64,000 nucleotides of DNA, from assembly GCA_963823665.1 (NCBI GenBank), contig CAWGMQ010000003.1, forward strand, positions 1,152,001 through 1,216,000, in the 5' to 3' direction. This stretch comes from an uncultured Planctomycetota bacterium (GTDB lineage: Bacteria > Planctomycetota > Planctomycetia > Isosphaerales > Isosphaeraceae). The position numbers and the translations under genes are program-made. Numbering within the stretch: position 1 is the first letter of the stretch; each line of letters begins with the position of its first letter. Positions 40,678 through 52,259 of this stretch are shown here, piece by piece. Below the pieces are notes generated by a model. The model was not told the origin of the DNA. It searched no databases and saw only the letters and a list, made by a program, of their open reading frames with translations.

Positions 40678-41586
40678 ATGAACACCGAGGAGGCAGGACG
40701 AAGCCTCGGCGGCGGCCGGAGTTGGCCCGCGTTCTTCGTGCGCTGGCTGTTCGGTCTGGGGGAAGAGCGTCGCCAGCCTGCACTATCGTCGATGCCGGCC
40801 GCGCGCTTCCAGAACATCTGCATCAGCCGGGAGGCCGGCGCGGGGGCCGGGCAGCTTGCAAAGCTCGTCGGGGCAGGTCTGGGATGGAAGGTCTACGACG
40901 AGGAGTTGGTGGAGGCGATCGCCCATCGGATGGGATCGCCGATCGAGGAAGTTCGCGCGCTCGACGAGCTGGCGCCCAGCATGGTGCAGGACTGGCTGTT
41001 ACCGCTCAGGGAAGAGTATTACGCGCCACAGGAAGCCTATCTGGACCACCTCGCGAAGATGATCGAAGCGATCGGCCGTGCGGGGGAATCGGTGCTCGTG
41101 GGACGCGGGGCGGGCTTCATGCTGCCGCGGGACACCACGCTCTCCATCCGCGTCATCGCGCCGATCAAGGAGCGCGCGCAGCGGCTGGCCGAGCGGATGG
41201 GCGTATCACCGCGGACGGCGCGGCGGGCTGCCCGAGAGCTCGATCGGCGCCGCGTTTCGTTCGACCGCACCATGCACCGGGCCAACCCAAACGACCCGCA
41301 CAACTTCGACCTGGTGCTGAACACGGACACGCTCGGTCTGGAGATTGCCGCGGAGTTGATTGTAAGCACCGTGAGGGCCGGGCGGCCGGATGCTCTGGCG
41401 GCGCGCATGCGCCAATCGGCCTCGCCAGCGCGTCTCGATTCTCCGCAAGCGTCAGGTGAGCAGTGGCTCGGCGAAGGCAATCCGGCGGCTTTGCCCAGTA
41501 GTGCGGTGCCTTCGTTGCCGTCGGCCCATGCTGACGGGGACGTGGATCAGGACGGCGATGACGGACCTTCGATCAACCGAGCCTGA
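40678..41586 (+). CDS. Cytidylate-kinase-like family protein
   Basis: ICISREAGAGAG P-loop variant, VLVGRGA, FDLVLNT. Confidence 0.85.
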   Translation: MNTEEAGRSLGGGRSWPAFFVRWLFGLGEERRQPALSSMPAARFQNICISREAGAGAGQLAKLVGAGLGWKVYDEELVEAIAHRMGSPIEEVRALDELAPSMVQDWLLPLREEYYAPQEAYLDHLAKMIEAIGRAGESVLVGRGAGFMLPRDTTLSIRVIAPIKERAQRLAERMGVSPRTARRAARELDRRRVSFDRTMHRANPNDPHNFDLVLNTDTLGLEIAAELIVSTVRAGRPDALAARMRQSASPARLDSPQASGEQWLGEGNPAALPSSAVPSLPSAHADGDVDQDGDDGPSINRA

Positions 41587-42488
41587 GCGCGAGCACCGTT
41601 CCTGATCGCCACGATGGAGAGGCCGTACCGGTCGGCCAAGGCGATGACGTGCGGCTCGTCGAGCAGGATCGTCTTGCCGGCCTCGATCGCCAGGACCTTC
41701 GCTCCGGCATTGTGGAGGTTTTCGATCGTTGTGACACCGATCGTCGGCACGTCAAAGCGCATATCCTGCTGGGGCTTGGCAACCTTGACAAGCGCCCATC
41801 CGCCCGAGCGGCAGAACTGGCCGGCGCGCTCGATGCAGCGATCGGTCCCTTCGATGGCCTCGACGGCGAGCGTCGCAAGCTCTTTGACGGCGACTGACTG
41901 GCCGACGTCGAGCCGGCCCATTTCCTTGGCGAGCGTCCAGCCGAACTCGATGTCCTTTTGCTCAGACGCAGTCGGTGCCCGCCGGGTCAAGATCCCTTCT
42001 TTCACGAGCAGCTCCGGGCAAAAATCGAGGGCCGAGGCAAACGTCATTCCATCACGCTCGAACTCGCTGATGATCGACAGCAGCAGCGAGTCATCGCGGT
42101 TGTCGGCGCGTGTCCGTCGGTACCACCACTGCAACGTCCGCACGTCCGGACAAAGCTGGAGGATTCTCCATGGCGTATAGATGACGTTTTTGGTGACTTT
42201 TCCCGCCATGACGATACGGCTGGCGCGCATGCGCTTGAAAGCCCGGATCATCCGTCCGAGCTTGGCGACTCCAACCCACTCGAACGAATCGCAGAGCGAC
42301 CGCAGCTCTTCATAAGCTTCGTACTTGATTCCGGCGCACGCGACGGGCAGACCCTGCTGTCGAGCCGCGAGGGCGAAGAGGATTGGAAACCGGCCGCTTC
42401 CCGCGAGCAGGCCGATCGGTTCCATTCGACCGAGACGCGCTGACCCGGAACGCTGCCGGAGCTGCGTCTCCTCTTCCATCACACTCAC
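41547..42488 (-). CDS. lpxI: UDP-2,3-diacylglucosamine pyrophosphatase LpxI
   Basis: IGLLAGSGRFP, DVGQSV, AVEAIEGTD, KP.QDMRFDVPTIG. Confidence 0.93.
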   Translation of the reverse strand: MSVMEEETQLRQRSGSARLGRMEPIGLLAGSGRFPILFALAARQQGLPVACAGIKYEAYEELRSLCDSFEWVGVAKLGRMIRAFKRMRASRIVMAGKVTKNVIYTPWRILQLCPDVRTLQWWYRRTRADNRDDSLLLSIISEFERDGMTFASALDFCPELLVKEGILTRRAPTASEQKDIEFGWTLAKEMGRLDVGQSVAVKELATLAVEAIEGTDRCIERAGQFCRSGGWALVKVAKPQQDMRFDVPTIGVTTIENLHNAGAKVLAIEAGKTILLDEPHVIALADRYGLSIVAIRNGARAQARLIEGPSSPS

Positions 42489-43588
42489 GAGCTTGGCTCC
42501 TGCTCGGGACGATCGGCGTGCGACGCATCGGCCGCCTGGGAGGGGACCGATATGCCCAGCGCGGCAAGCTGTGCCATCAGCTCGCGAAACTGCTTGTGCA
42601 TTTCCGGGAGTCGCGCGATCACCTGGAAAAGGCGTCGTTGCTCGCGAACGGGAATGGCAGGAGAGCCGAGCACGTTCTGACCGTCCGGAATACTTCGATG
42701 CACGCCGGCCTGTGCCCCGACGATCACGCGATGGCCGATCTGGGTATTGTCCTTGATCCCGGCCTGACCGGCGATCACGACGTAGTCGCCCGTCTTGCAG
42801 CTTCCGGCCAAGCCTACCTGGCCGCAGAGAAGATTGTGGCGGCCAATTTGATTGTTGTGGCCGATCATGACGAGGTTATCGATCTTCGTTCCTTCGCCGA
42901 CGCGCGACGTCTCGAACGTCGCGCGGTCGATCGTGCAGTTCGACCCGATCTCCACGTCAGAATCGATTTCGAGTCGACCTGTGTGCGGGATCTTCATGTG
43001 GCGGCCGTCGATCTGGCGATAACCGAAGCCATCACCGCCGAGCACAGTTCCGGAATGCACTTCGACCCGATCTCCCAAAACGACATCGGCATAGAGCACC
43101 GCGTTTGGGTGGATGATGCAATCCTTTCCCAGGCGGCAGCGATCGCTGATGACAACTCCGGGATAAAGCGTGGAGCCGTCGCCCAAGACGGCCGCGTCCC
43201 CCACGTAAACGAAGGGGTAGATTGCCACATCTTGACCGACCTGGGCGGTTGGCGCGACGCAGGCGAGCGGATGGATGCCGGTCCACCGGGGTGCGACACC
43301 GCCATTCAAGTGGGTGCGAACGGCCACGAATGCCGCGATCGGATCATCGACTTCGATCACGGTCAAGCTGGCGTTCGAGTCCTGCCTGCCGAGATTGAAA
43401 TGAGGTCCAACGATCGCCGCGGAGGCCGGCGAGGCTTTCAACAGCTTGACGAAACGCTCGCTCTCAATGAACGTGATATCGCCCGGTCCGGCTTCGGCTA
43501 CCGTTCGCGCCGAACGGATCGCGAGAGTTCCGTCTCCGACGAGACGGCCGTGCACCAGTGCCGCGAGTTGTTCCACCGTTGCTACCAC
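42485..43588 (-). CDS. lpxD: UDP-3-O-acylglucosamine N-acyltransferase LpxD
   Basis: Hexapeptide repeats, GDGFGY, IDRAT, TKIDNLVMIGHN; GTG start after AAGGAAAAAG. Confidence 0.95.
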   Translation of the reverse strand: MVATVEQLAALVHGRLVGDGTLAIRSARTVAEAGPGDITFIESERFVKLLKASPASAAIVGPHFNLGRQDSNASLTVIEVDDPIAAFVAVRTHLNGGVAPRWTGIHPLACVAPTAQVGQDVAIYPFVYVGDAAVLGDGSTLYPGVVISDRCRLGKDCIIHPNAVLYADVVLGDRVEVHSGTVLGGDGFGYRQIDGRHMKIPHTGRLEIDSDVEIGSNCTIDRATFETSRVGEGTKIDNLVMIGHNNQIGRHNLLCGQVGLAGSCKTGDYVVIAGQAGIKDNTQIGHRVIVGAQAGVHRSIPDGQNVLGSPAIPVREQRRLFQVIARLPEMHKQFRELMAQLAALGISVPSQAADASHADRPEQEPSS

Positions 43589-43877
43589 CGCTTTTTCCTT
43601 TCTTCCTTGAAAGGAGAACTCGAATACCAGGACGTGGCGGCAGTGGGGACCAGATAACGAGAACAGGCCGTTCCCGATCAACCCGCACGGGGTACGGATG
43701 TTCGTGTCGGAGGGCCGGACCGGCGCGACGCATGCTAATCCATGTCGGCAACTGGGGCAAGCCGACTCGAGCGAAGGAACGGGCAATCCGAGCAGAGCGG
43801 ACTAAGTCCATCCGCCGGGCGGCACTGATTGGCGAGGGCAGGCATTGTCACTCGGTGTGGCAAAACTTTTCGTTCCT

Positions 43878-44622
43878 TCACCGCGATTGCAGCCTGCTAT
43901 TGGGACGTTTCTGCGCGAATTTCATTTCGACCAAGGCGGTCAGCACCGGCACGTGCCGCAAGTCGGCAGGGCGGCTTCCCCCGCGATCGATCAAGATGCC
44001 CGAAAGGCCAGCGCGAATTGCGCCCCGGACGTCGTTTTCACTGTCATCTCCGACGCAGAGGACCTCCAGCGCGGGCAGACCGAGATGATTGCACACGGAC
44101 TCGAAGAATAGCGGATGAGGCTTGCGATAGCCGACTTCCGAAGAAATTACGAGTGAATCGACGCAGGCCCGTAATTCGGATAAGCCCTGCACGACACACC
44201 GGAGACGGCTGTCGAAGTTCGACCCGACGCAGACCGATATCCCCATATCGGCCAAGCCCCCGAGCGCGGGCTCGACGTCCGGGAAACATCGCCACGAACC
44301 AGGCTGGCTGAAATGGTCCCAGAGCTCCTCGAAAGCCCGGTCTGGATCCGGCACCTCGGCCAACACCCCGGCCACAATCGCGCCAACGTCGGCGCTCGGT
44401 CTCCTCATCGGTGGAAAAAGCCCCATTACCAGCATGCTCGGCTCCGTGCAGGAAATGATGCTGGAATCGCTCGCGGACTTCGGCAGGGTTGATCGTCACC
44501 CCCTGCCGGCTCGCCGCTGCCGTGTACACCTCAGGAACCGAAGGGACAGGCTTGATTAAAGTCCCAACGGCGTCGAAGACGATACCGCGGATACCATTCA
44601 ATGCCGTTTCAACACCCATCAT
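43878..44622 (-). CDS. HAD-IA family hydrolase, one frameshift near 44382
   Basis: FDAVGTL in the upstream ORF; SNFD, KP and VGDDSENDV in the downstream ORF. Confidence 0.88.
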
Positions 44623-44998
44623 CGCACTTCGTCGCATACAAGCCGGTCCAGAAGCGTTCAGCCCGAACAATCGAGCTGTGAAGATTCGGAGATACGCAGA
44701 CTGGGCAGTCTATACAGACATTATGGACTGGAAACCGTCAGAGGGAATAGTGGGTGTCCGGCTTTGCGAGATTTGATTGTTCCAGACGGGGAGCATGGCT
44801 GATGAACAAACTTCACCCGCGCTGTCCTTCGATCATCCGGCGTCCTCACATCGCCTCGGTTCCCGCGAGCCACGAGCAGGCGCTTGAGCGGCGGCAGGAG
44901 CTCGACGCATTACAACGAGCGCACAGCGAGCGAGACTCCCACCGCGAAATCCCGCCGGTTCGATCGCGCTGTCCGAGTTGAAGCTGGGATGGCCGTTT

Positions 44999-46054
44999 TC
45001 ACGTGAGCGGTTGGCCAGGGCGGACCAAACCAGCGGTGACGTCGACATCCAGGCTCACGACCTGCCCGGAGGCGAGTTTTGGCAGAGCAATTCCGGCCAT
45101 GGCCGCGTTGTCCGTGCACAGCGCAGCCGGGGGGATGAAGAGCTCGACAGCGCAGGCGACGGCCATCTCACCGAGTTTCTGCCGCATCCGCGCGTTGGCG
45201 GCAACTCCGCCGCCGACTCCGAGCCGCTTCATCCCGGTGCGCTTCAGAGCCTGTCGCGTCTTGGCAACGACGGCGTCCACGACGGCTTCCTGAAAGCTTG
45301 CCGCGAGGTCGCTCACCAGCCCGGGGCTCGGGTCGACCACGACTTCCCGGGCATTCTGGCCGTGAAGGGCGTAGCGGACGGCGGTCTTGAGGCCCGAAAA
45401 GCTCAGCAGGAGCCGCTCGTCGTGCAGGAACGACCGCGGGAAGGCGAACGCCGTCGGACTCCCTTGCTTGGCGACACGTTCGATCTCCGGTCCGCCCGGG
45501 TATCCTAACCCGAGCAGGCTGGCGACCTTGTCAAATGCCTCGCCCGCCGCGTCATCAGTTGTGCCGCCCAGAAACTCGGATTGCGTCGGGCTTTCGCACC
45601 GGAAAAGACTCGTGTGCCCGCCCGAGATCACGAGGCCGACGCACGGGTAGACCTCCCGATCAGGATGTGCGAGCTGGCACGCGTATAGATGGCCCTCCAG
45701 GTGGTCGACGGCGACGAGCGGAATTCCCAGCGCGAGTGCCAATGTCTTTGCGGCGGTCAATCCGACGACCAGTGCTCCCACCAACCCAGGCCGTGTCGCC
45801 ACGGCGACCGCGCCCAGATCGTCCGGCGCAATCCCCGCGCGACGTAGGGCTTCGTCGATCGTGGGCAAGAGCTGGCGGATGTGAGCGCGGGACGCAATCT
45901 CGGGTACGACACCTCCGAAGCGGCCGTGCAGACCGGCCTGCGAGGCGACAACGCTCGAAAGGACGCGCGGCACGCTCGTTGCCGACAGCTCAGTAGCTTC
46001 TAGCACCGCCGCGGCCGTCTCATCGCACGTGGTCTCGATTGCGAGCAGAATCAC
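44999..46054 (-). CDS. tsaD: tRNA threonylcarbamoyltransferase TsaD
   Basis: ILAIETTCDET, GGVVPEIASRAH, HLEGH, SGGHT, DDAAGEAFDK, TDNAAM. Confidence 0.97.
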   Translation of the reverse strand: MILLAIETTCDETAAAVLEATELSATSVPRVLSSVVASQAGLHGRFGGVVPEIASRAHIRQLLPTIDEALRRAGIAPDDLGAVAVATRPGLVGALVVGLTAAKTLALALGIPLVAVDHLEGHLYACQLAHPDREVYPCVGLVISGGHTSLFRCESPTQSEFLGGTTDDAAGEAFDKVASLLGLGYPGGPEIERVAKQGSPTAFAFPRSFLHDERLLLSFSGLKTAVRYALHGQNAREVVVDPSPGLVSDLAASFQEAVVDAVVAKTRQALKRTGMKRLGVGGGVAANARMRQKLGEMAVACAVELFIPPAALCTDNAAMAGIALPKLASGQVVSLDVDVTAGLVRPGQPLT

Positions 46055-46129
46055 GCGCGCTTGTCCGATCGAGGCTGAGAGGAAATTGATTGATCAGGAA
46101 ACGGATTCGGAGGACATCCAGTTCCGCAT

Positions 46130-47584
46130 TCAGGCGTTCTTGGCTTTCAGTTCCGCCAATCGGGCGCGGATGATCTCAAGTGCTTTGTCGAGTTGTTTGT
46201 CGACGAACCGAGCGGATGCGGCCCGCGCCTGCGCTGGACTGGGCTTGGTCGAGGCCTTATCCGCGGTCTTACCGTCGGCAGTCTTTTCTGCTGGCTTCTG
46301 CTGATCCTTCTTCTCTTCGGACTTCTCTCCTGTTTTAGCCTGCTCACCCGCCTTGCGATGGCCTTTGGCCAGGGCGCCCCGGTCGCGTTCGCGCCGGGCG
46401 ATGAACCAGTTGACGAATTCGCGATGGTTAAGCTTGACCTCCATCCCGGGGTCGGGCGAGACACCCCACTTGTCCGTCGTCTTGGCGTTCTTGAAGCGGT
46501 GAATGTTCTCTCCCGACGGGCGATAGTAGCTCGCGACGGTCAGCTTGAGGATGCTGCTGCCGCCGTCGAGATCGATCAGGTTTTGGACCGAGCCCTTGCC
46601 GTAGGAGCGCTGACCGACAACGGCGGCCCTTTTGTGGTCTTGTAGTGCCGCCGCGACGATCTCTGACGCCGAAGCCGAGTTCTGGTTGACCATCACGACC
46701 AAGGGTATATCGCTGTTCTCGAACGGGCTGTCCTTCTGCGCCTCGTAATGGCGAGGCTGGGTATTCCTCCCCTTGGTGCTCACAATTTCGCCCTTATCGA
46801 GAAACATGTCCGAAACCTCGACGGCCGCCGAGAGCAGTCCGCCCGGGTCATCGCGCAAGTCCACGATCAGCGCCTTTCCGCCGTCATCCTTGAATTGCTC
46901 GAGCAGTTTCTGGAGCTCGTCGGCGGTGTGCTCGTTGAACCCAGTGATTCGGAAGTAACCGATTTTCTTGTCCTTATCGATCAAGATGTCCCATTGATCG
47001 TTGGGTTTGCGCTGGTCGCCGATCACGCTCGGAATGTTGATAATCGCGCGGGTGAGTGTCACGGTCTCTGGGTCTTCAGAACCTTCGTGCAAAACCGTCA
47101 GCTTGACGTCCGTCCCCGGGCGCCCGGTCAGCACTTCGACCGCCTTGTCCGAGCTCATTCCCTCGGCCGACTTGCCGTCGATCTCCATGATCTGATCACC
47201 CGCCAGGATCCCTGCCTCATACGCGGGCGTGCCCACCATCGGGGCGATCACGAGCAGCCGGCCGCGCTCGTTATCAAAATCAACCTGAATGCCGATGCCG
47301 CCGAATTTGCCTTCGATCTGCCGTCTGAACTGGCGCCATTCACTGGTATTGATGAAAGACGAATGGGGATCCAGGTTCTGGAGCATGCCCTCCAGGGCAT
47401 TTTCGAGTAACTCGCGCCGGGTCACCGGCCGGACATAATTCAGCTCTACCTTCTCGACCGCATCGACGAACAGGCCGTAAAGCTCGAGCATTTCGTCCTT
47501 CGGCTTGGCTCCCTGAGTCGCCTGCCAGCAGCAAACGCTGACCGAGGCGATCAATCCGATCGAGAAAAAACTCCGGCGCAGCAT
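46130..47584 (-). CDS. S41 C-terminal processing protease with PDZ domain
   Basis: LDPHS, GGIGI, DLRDDPGGLL, SASASEI, SYGKGSVQ. Confidence 0.95.
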   Translation of the reverse strand: MLRRSFFSIGLIASVSVCCWQATQGAKPKDEMLELYGLFVDAVEKVELNYVRPVTRRELLENALEGMLQNLDPHSSFINTSEWRQFRRQIEGKFGGIGIQVDFDNERGRLLVIAPMVGTPAYEAGILAGDQIMEIDGKSAEGMSSDKAVEVLTGRPGTDVKLTVLHEGSEDPETVTLTRAIINIPSVIGDQRKPNDQWDILIDKDKKIGYFRITGFNEHTADELQKLLEQFKDDGGKALIVDLRDDPGGLLSAAVEVSDMFLDKGEIVSTKGRNTQPRHYEAQKDSPFENSDIPLVVMVNQNSASASEIVAAALQDHKRAAVVGQRSYGKGSVQNLIDLDGGSSILKLTVASYYRPSGENIHRFKNAKTTDKWGVSPDPGMEVKLNHREFVNWFIARRERDRGALAKGHRKAGEQAKTGEKSEEKKDQQKPAEKTADGKTADKASTKPSPAQARAASARFVDKQLDKALEIIRARLAELKAKNA

Positions 47585-48017
47585 CGGCGAGTGCCCTCCT
47601 CAATCATCCTGGACGTTCGTGCGTTCACTCTATGGCGACAGAACTTAGGCGTTCGACCCCAAATTCCAGCCAGACGTCGTTCCAGCCCCGAAGTTCGTTG
47701 TTCCTATCTCAAAGTCTAGTCGATCGTTAGCACACTTGGCAAGCGGACGCGAAAATCCTGCCGACGATGCTCTGAGTGGAGTCGCATTCGTTCGGTGTTG
47801 CGAGCAGTCTTCCTGGGCGAATGTCCCGATTTGTCTGGATGCGCGAATCAAACAACACGAGAATAGGGGATCACAGAAGTTCCGCAGAACCGTAAGGAAA
47901 GCACAGGTGCGACTCGGCCGTCTGGATGACGACCGAGAAAACCTGATTCGCGGAGTGCTGGTGCGGGGAGGTTCTCATGTGCACGACAGAAGGCCGGTTA
48001 GCCGCGACGCGACCCTT

Positions 48018-48453
48018 TGAGCACGCCTCACCCACCGCGACACCAGTATCTGTATCCGCCTCGCGCCGGGCCAAGCTGGAACAGGGCCGTGAGCGGCCGG
48101 CCCGAGTCCTTGTTGTGGACGACAACGTCGACCTGGCCAGAGGATTGGCACGACTCCTTCAGATCCACGGTCACGACGTGCGAATCGCCTTTGACGGTCC
48201 CACCGGGCTTGATGAAGCCAAGAACTCGAGGCCCGACGTTGTTCTCCTGGACATCGGACTCCCCGGCATGGATGGTTATCAATTGGCCGCCCAGCTCCGC
48301 CGGGACGAGACCGTCAAGGACGCCACATTGATCGCGATCTCGGGTTATGGACAAGAGGAAGACCTCCGGCTCGCCAGGGAGGCCGGCTTCGATCACCACC
48401 TGGTCAAACCCATCATTTCCGATGAGTTGATCAAGCTGCTCGAGGAATCTTGA
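48018..48453 (+). CDS. Stand-alone receiver domain protein, start uncertain
   Basis: VLVVDDN, LLDIGLPGMDG, AISGYG, HLVKP. Confidence 0.85.
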
Positions 48454-48455
48454 CG

Positions 48456-49099
48456 ATGAGCCGCGATCGAACGCTCGGCGCATCCTCGAGAGCGGAATTG
48501 TCGCCGTCGTTCGCGCGGCCACGGGCAAGTCGCTCGTCCAGGTCGCGAGCGCCCTCGCCCAGGGTGGAGTCACTGCGATCGAGGTCACGTTCACCGTGCC
48601 GGGAGCGCTCGACGTGATCCGCCAGGTGAACCAGGAATTCGGCGATTCGATCGTACTGGGTGCCGGCACAGTGCTCGATCCCGAAACCGCCCGCGCCGCC
48701 ATCCTCGCAGGGGCCGAATACATTGTTGCACCCACCCTCAACCACGATGTCATTCGCCTGTGCAGGCGCTATGACAAGGCCGTGATGCCCGGGGCATTCA
48801 CCCCCACTGAAATCCTCTCGGCCTGGGAATCGGGCGCCGACGTCGTGAAGGTCTTCCCCGCAGACTCGGGCGGCCCCGCCTATCTCAAGGCGCTTCGCGG
48901 TCCTCTTCCACATATTCGACTCATGCCTACCGGCGGCGTCGATCTCTCGACAGCCGAGAGCTTCCTGAAGGCCGGTGCCTGCTGCCTCGGCGTCGGATCC
49001 GCTCTGGTCGAGCCCGACGCCGTTTCGGCCGGCGACTTCGACCGCATTCGCGAGCTCGCAGCTCAGTTCATCGCCATCGTGCGACACTACCGAGCCTGA
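48456..49099 (+). CDS. eda: KDPG/KHG aldolase, one frameshift near 48480
   Basis: MSRDRTL then, after the shift, ILESGIVAVVR...IEVTF...GAGTV...TPTE...KVFPA...MPTGGV. Confidence 0.92.
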
Positions 49100-49397
49100 A
49101 ATCCGTGCACATCTCCCAGTGATTACCCACCCCCTGCTGGCTACTCGCCTTATCTAGTTCTCTCAATCGTTTCATTTTAACGCCAAAGCGACGGATTGCG
49201 TCAGTACGGCCGGCCTTCAAGCCGCCTGCGCAAACCATCTGATCCGAACATCCGGTCGATTCATTTCAAGCTTTCAGGGAGTTAAGGTCGATAAACCCGG
49301 CATGTCTATCATTCCGCGCACATGCTGCGAGAGGGTTTCGGCGATCGTCAGCCGGTCAGGAGGAGGGTGAAATCTGGTGGGGCCGAAGCGACGGGGA

Positions 49398-51169
49398 ATG
49401 CGCCTGGTACTTGTTGGGCGGAGCTCGGTCGCCTTGGCGGCCAGTTTCTGCCTGATCGGCGCTTGGACCGCGCTGCCACATTGTCTCTCGAGCGTCGCCC
49501 GGGCCGGTGCCGACCAGAACAACGCTCCGCGAATTTATCACAAGGCGCGCAATTTCCGGATCCCGTTCAACTTGAACGCCGACGGCAAGGACCGGGTCAA
49601 AGAGCTGCATCTTCTCGTATCCGACGATTACGGTTACCACTGCGCGCGAGCAGCAAGACGTTTCCGGACCATCCCACCTTCACGTTCCGCTCGCCGCACG
49701 ACGGTGAATACTGGTTCGCGGTTCAGACGCGGACGGTCGACGGCAAGGTCTCGCCCTCCCTCGAATCGACGATTGAGCCGAACCTGAAAGTGGTGGTCGA
49801 TACAATGCCTCCGTCGCTCGTACTCGAACCAGAGGAGAGGCGAGGAAGCCTGGCTTCGGTTCATTGGGAGGTCAAGGACGAGAATCTGAACCTCAAATCG
49901 CTCGTGCTCGAGTACCAGGTCGAAGGGGCGACTTCCTGGCGCAAGGTGCCGACGAGCGCAGTCAAGCAGAGCGGCAGCCGTCGTTGGGATGCGGGCACGG
50001 CCGAAGCGATCAAGGTGCGGGGCTCGATCTCTGACCGCGCCGGCAACGTCAGTGAGGCGTTCGTTGACCTGCCCGAAGGAACCGGCAGCCAGCCGGACCT
50101 CGTGTCAGCGCCAGCCGGGTTCGACGAACCCCCGGGCATGTCCCAGTTTTCAAACGGCGGCGGCTCGGAGATCAGCGCCGGCCCCGGTTTCACGCCCGTC
50201 TCGGAGAGGCCACAGTCTTCCCAGGGAGCGGCGGTCGGATCCCCGCGCCAAGCCCGCGCTTCGCGGACGCGCCCTGCGAGCGACGTCGGACGCGGAGCAC
50301 GAGCAGCGCAGGCAAACCTGGACCGCGACTCGCGTCCGGGCGTGATGGGTCGATCCCAGTCTGGCGAGCCTGATCGGCCGAACGATGACCTCTTTTCGAG
50401 CGGCGGCAATGGAATCGGAGTCGGGGCAACTTTCCCGGCAACCGGGTCTTCCGACGGAGCCAAAACCAGCGCCGGGCCGGGCGCGCGGAACCCGGGCGAG
50501 ACCCTTCTCGTTTCCAGCCCGAAGTTCAAGCTGCAATACGCCGTCGACGACGCCGGGCCCGCTGGGCCGGCGACCGTCGAGCTCTGGATCACGCACGACG
50601 GCGGCCGGACTTGGATAAGGCGCGGCGGCGACGACGACCGAGTCTCGCCGATCAACGTCGATCTCGGGGGCGAAGGGACCTTCGGCTTATGCCTGGTCGC
50701 TCGCTCCGCTTCGGGCCTGGGCGACCAACCCCCCGCGCCGGGAGATCCCCCACAATCCTGGGTGGAAGTCGACTCGACCGCGCCCATCGTCCAGATCCAG
50801 ACCCCGCAGATCGGTACGGGAGTCAATGCCGGAAAGGTCGCGATCGCCTGGAAAGCCAGCGACCTCCATTTGCCGCCCAGGTCTGTGACGCTTTCCTGGC
50901 GCCCCGACGGGCCTGGCGCCCAGTGGCAGACGATCGCGGACGGTCTGGATAACGCCGGCCAGTACATCTGGAACGTTCCGCCGGCCGTGGTCGACCGCTT
51001 CCACTTGAAAGTCGAGGCGACCGACTCCGTCGGCCATCGCGGATCGGCCGACACGACCGAGTCCGGCTCGATCACAGTCGATCGCAGCCGCCCCCGCAGC
51101 CGGATCATCGGCCTGGACTCTAACGCCCATTCCGGCATCATCGGCGCCGAGCCGCGCCCGGTGCGGTGA
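49398..51169 (+). CDS. Secreted hypothetical protein with Ig-like domains and low-complexity linker, one frameshift near 49642
   Basis: Signal peptide and FRIPF in ORF 49377-49787, continuing in ORF 49322-51169 (DGEYWF.V, VDT.PP, ELWIT.DGG.TW). Confidence 0.75.
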
Positions 51170-51185
51170 CACGCAGTAAGTTGCC

Positions 51186-52181
51186 TCAAATCGCCGGCCC
51201 CAATAGCTCCTTGATCGCTTCGCGCTCGCCCGTCAGCTCGGCGGCCGACGCATCCAACCGCTTCCTCGCATCGGCGTCGATCGACACCCCCTGCACGATC
51301 GACCAGTCGCCGGCTCCCTTTGAAACCAGCGGGAAGCTGTAAATCAATCCACGAGGAATATCGTAGCTTCCGTCCGAGAGCACCGCCGCGCTGAAACAAT
51401 CGCCGGAGGGGGTCGCCGAAGTGATCGATCGCAGGCTGTCCACGATCGCATTCGCCGCCGATGCGGCTGACGACGCGCCGCGGGCTTTGATCACGGCCGA
51501 GCCGCGCTTCGCGACCGTTGGAATAAAAGTCTCCTCGAACCACGCTGCCTCCGGAATGACCTCCGTCGCTGCCCGGCCGTTGATCTTCGCATTCTTGTAG
51601 TCCGGATACTGCGTGTCGCTGTGATTGCCCCAGATCGTCATCCGGCTGACCGCGCTCACAGGTGCGCCGGCCTTCTTTGCCAGCACGGCCGCCGCACGGT
51701 TCTGGTCCAAACGCGTCATCGCAAACCAGCGATCGCTCGGAACCTTCGGAGAATGAGATCGCGCGATCAAACAATTGGTGTTGCACGGATTGGCCACCGT
51801 CAACACCCGGACCGCCGGCCCAGCCGCACTGTTGATCGCCTTGCCCTGCCCCGTGAAAATCGGGCTATTCGCCCTGATCAGGTCCCCGCGCGACTGTCCC
51901 TCCTTGCGGGGCAACCCTCCGACCAGCACCACCCAGTCCGCCCCGTCAAACGCCTGCTCCGGCTTGTCGGTCGCGATCACGCTGCGCAAAAGCGGGAACG
52001 CACAATCCTCAAGCTCCATCAAGGTTCCATCAAGCGCCGGCAGCGCCGGCGTGATTTCGAGCAGTTGAAGCGAAATCGGTTGGTCCGGCCCGAACGCAGC
52101 CCCCGAGGCCAATCGAAAAAGCAATGCGTATCCGATCTGCCCGCCGGCGCCGGTGACGGCGACGCGAATGGGTTTAGTCAT
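51186..52181 (-). CDS. mdh: Malate dehydrogenase
   Basis: VAVTGAGGQIGY, MELEDCAFPLL, MTRLDQNRA, WGNHS, ARGASSAASAA. Confidence 0.97.
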   Translation of the reverse strand: MTKPIRVAVTGAGGQIGYALLFRLASGAAFGPDQPISLQLLEITPALPALDGTLMELEDCAFPLLRSVIATDKPEQAFDGADWVVLVGGLPRKEGQSRGDLIRANSPIFTGQGKAINSAAGPAVRVLTVANPCNTNCLIARSHSPKVPSDRWFAMTRLDQNRAAAVLAKKAGAPVSAVSRMTIWGNHSDTQYPDYKNAKINGRAATEVIPEAAWFEETFIPTVAKRGSAVIKARGASSAASAANAIVDSLRSITSATPSGDCFSAAVLSDGSYDIPRGLIYSFPLVSKGAGDWSIVQGVSIDADARKRLDASAAELTGEREAIKELLGPAI

Positions 52182-52259
52182 GGTCTAGAGCTCCATCGAA
52201 TAGTAACCAGTGCAACGCACTCGATTCTAATTCGCCGAAGCGCCTTGCGGGAGGGCGCA

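Noticed and set aside
42383..43657. 424-aa plus-strand ORF (likewise 49861-51786, 58547-59941, 34875-36224)
   Set aside because: Antisense shadows of well-supported genes, expected in high-GC DNA.
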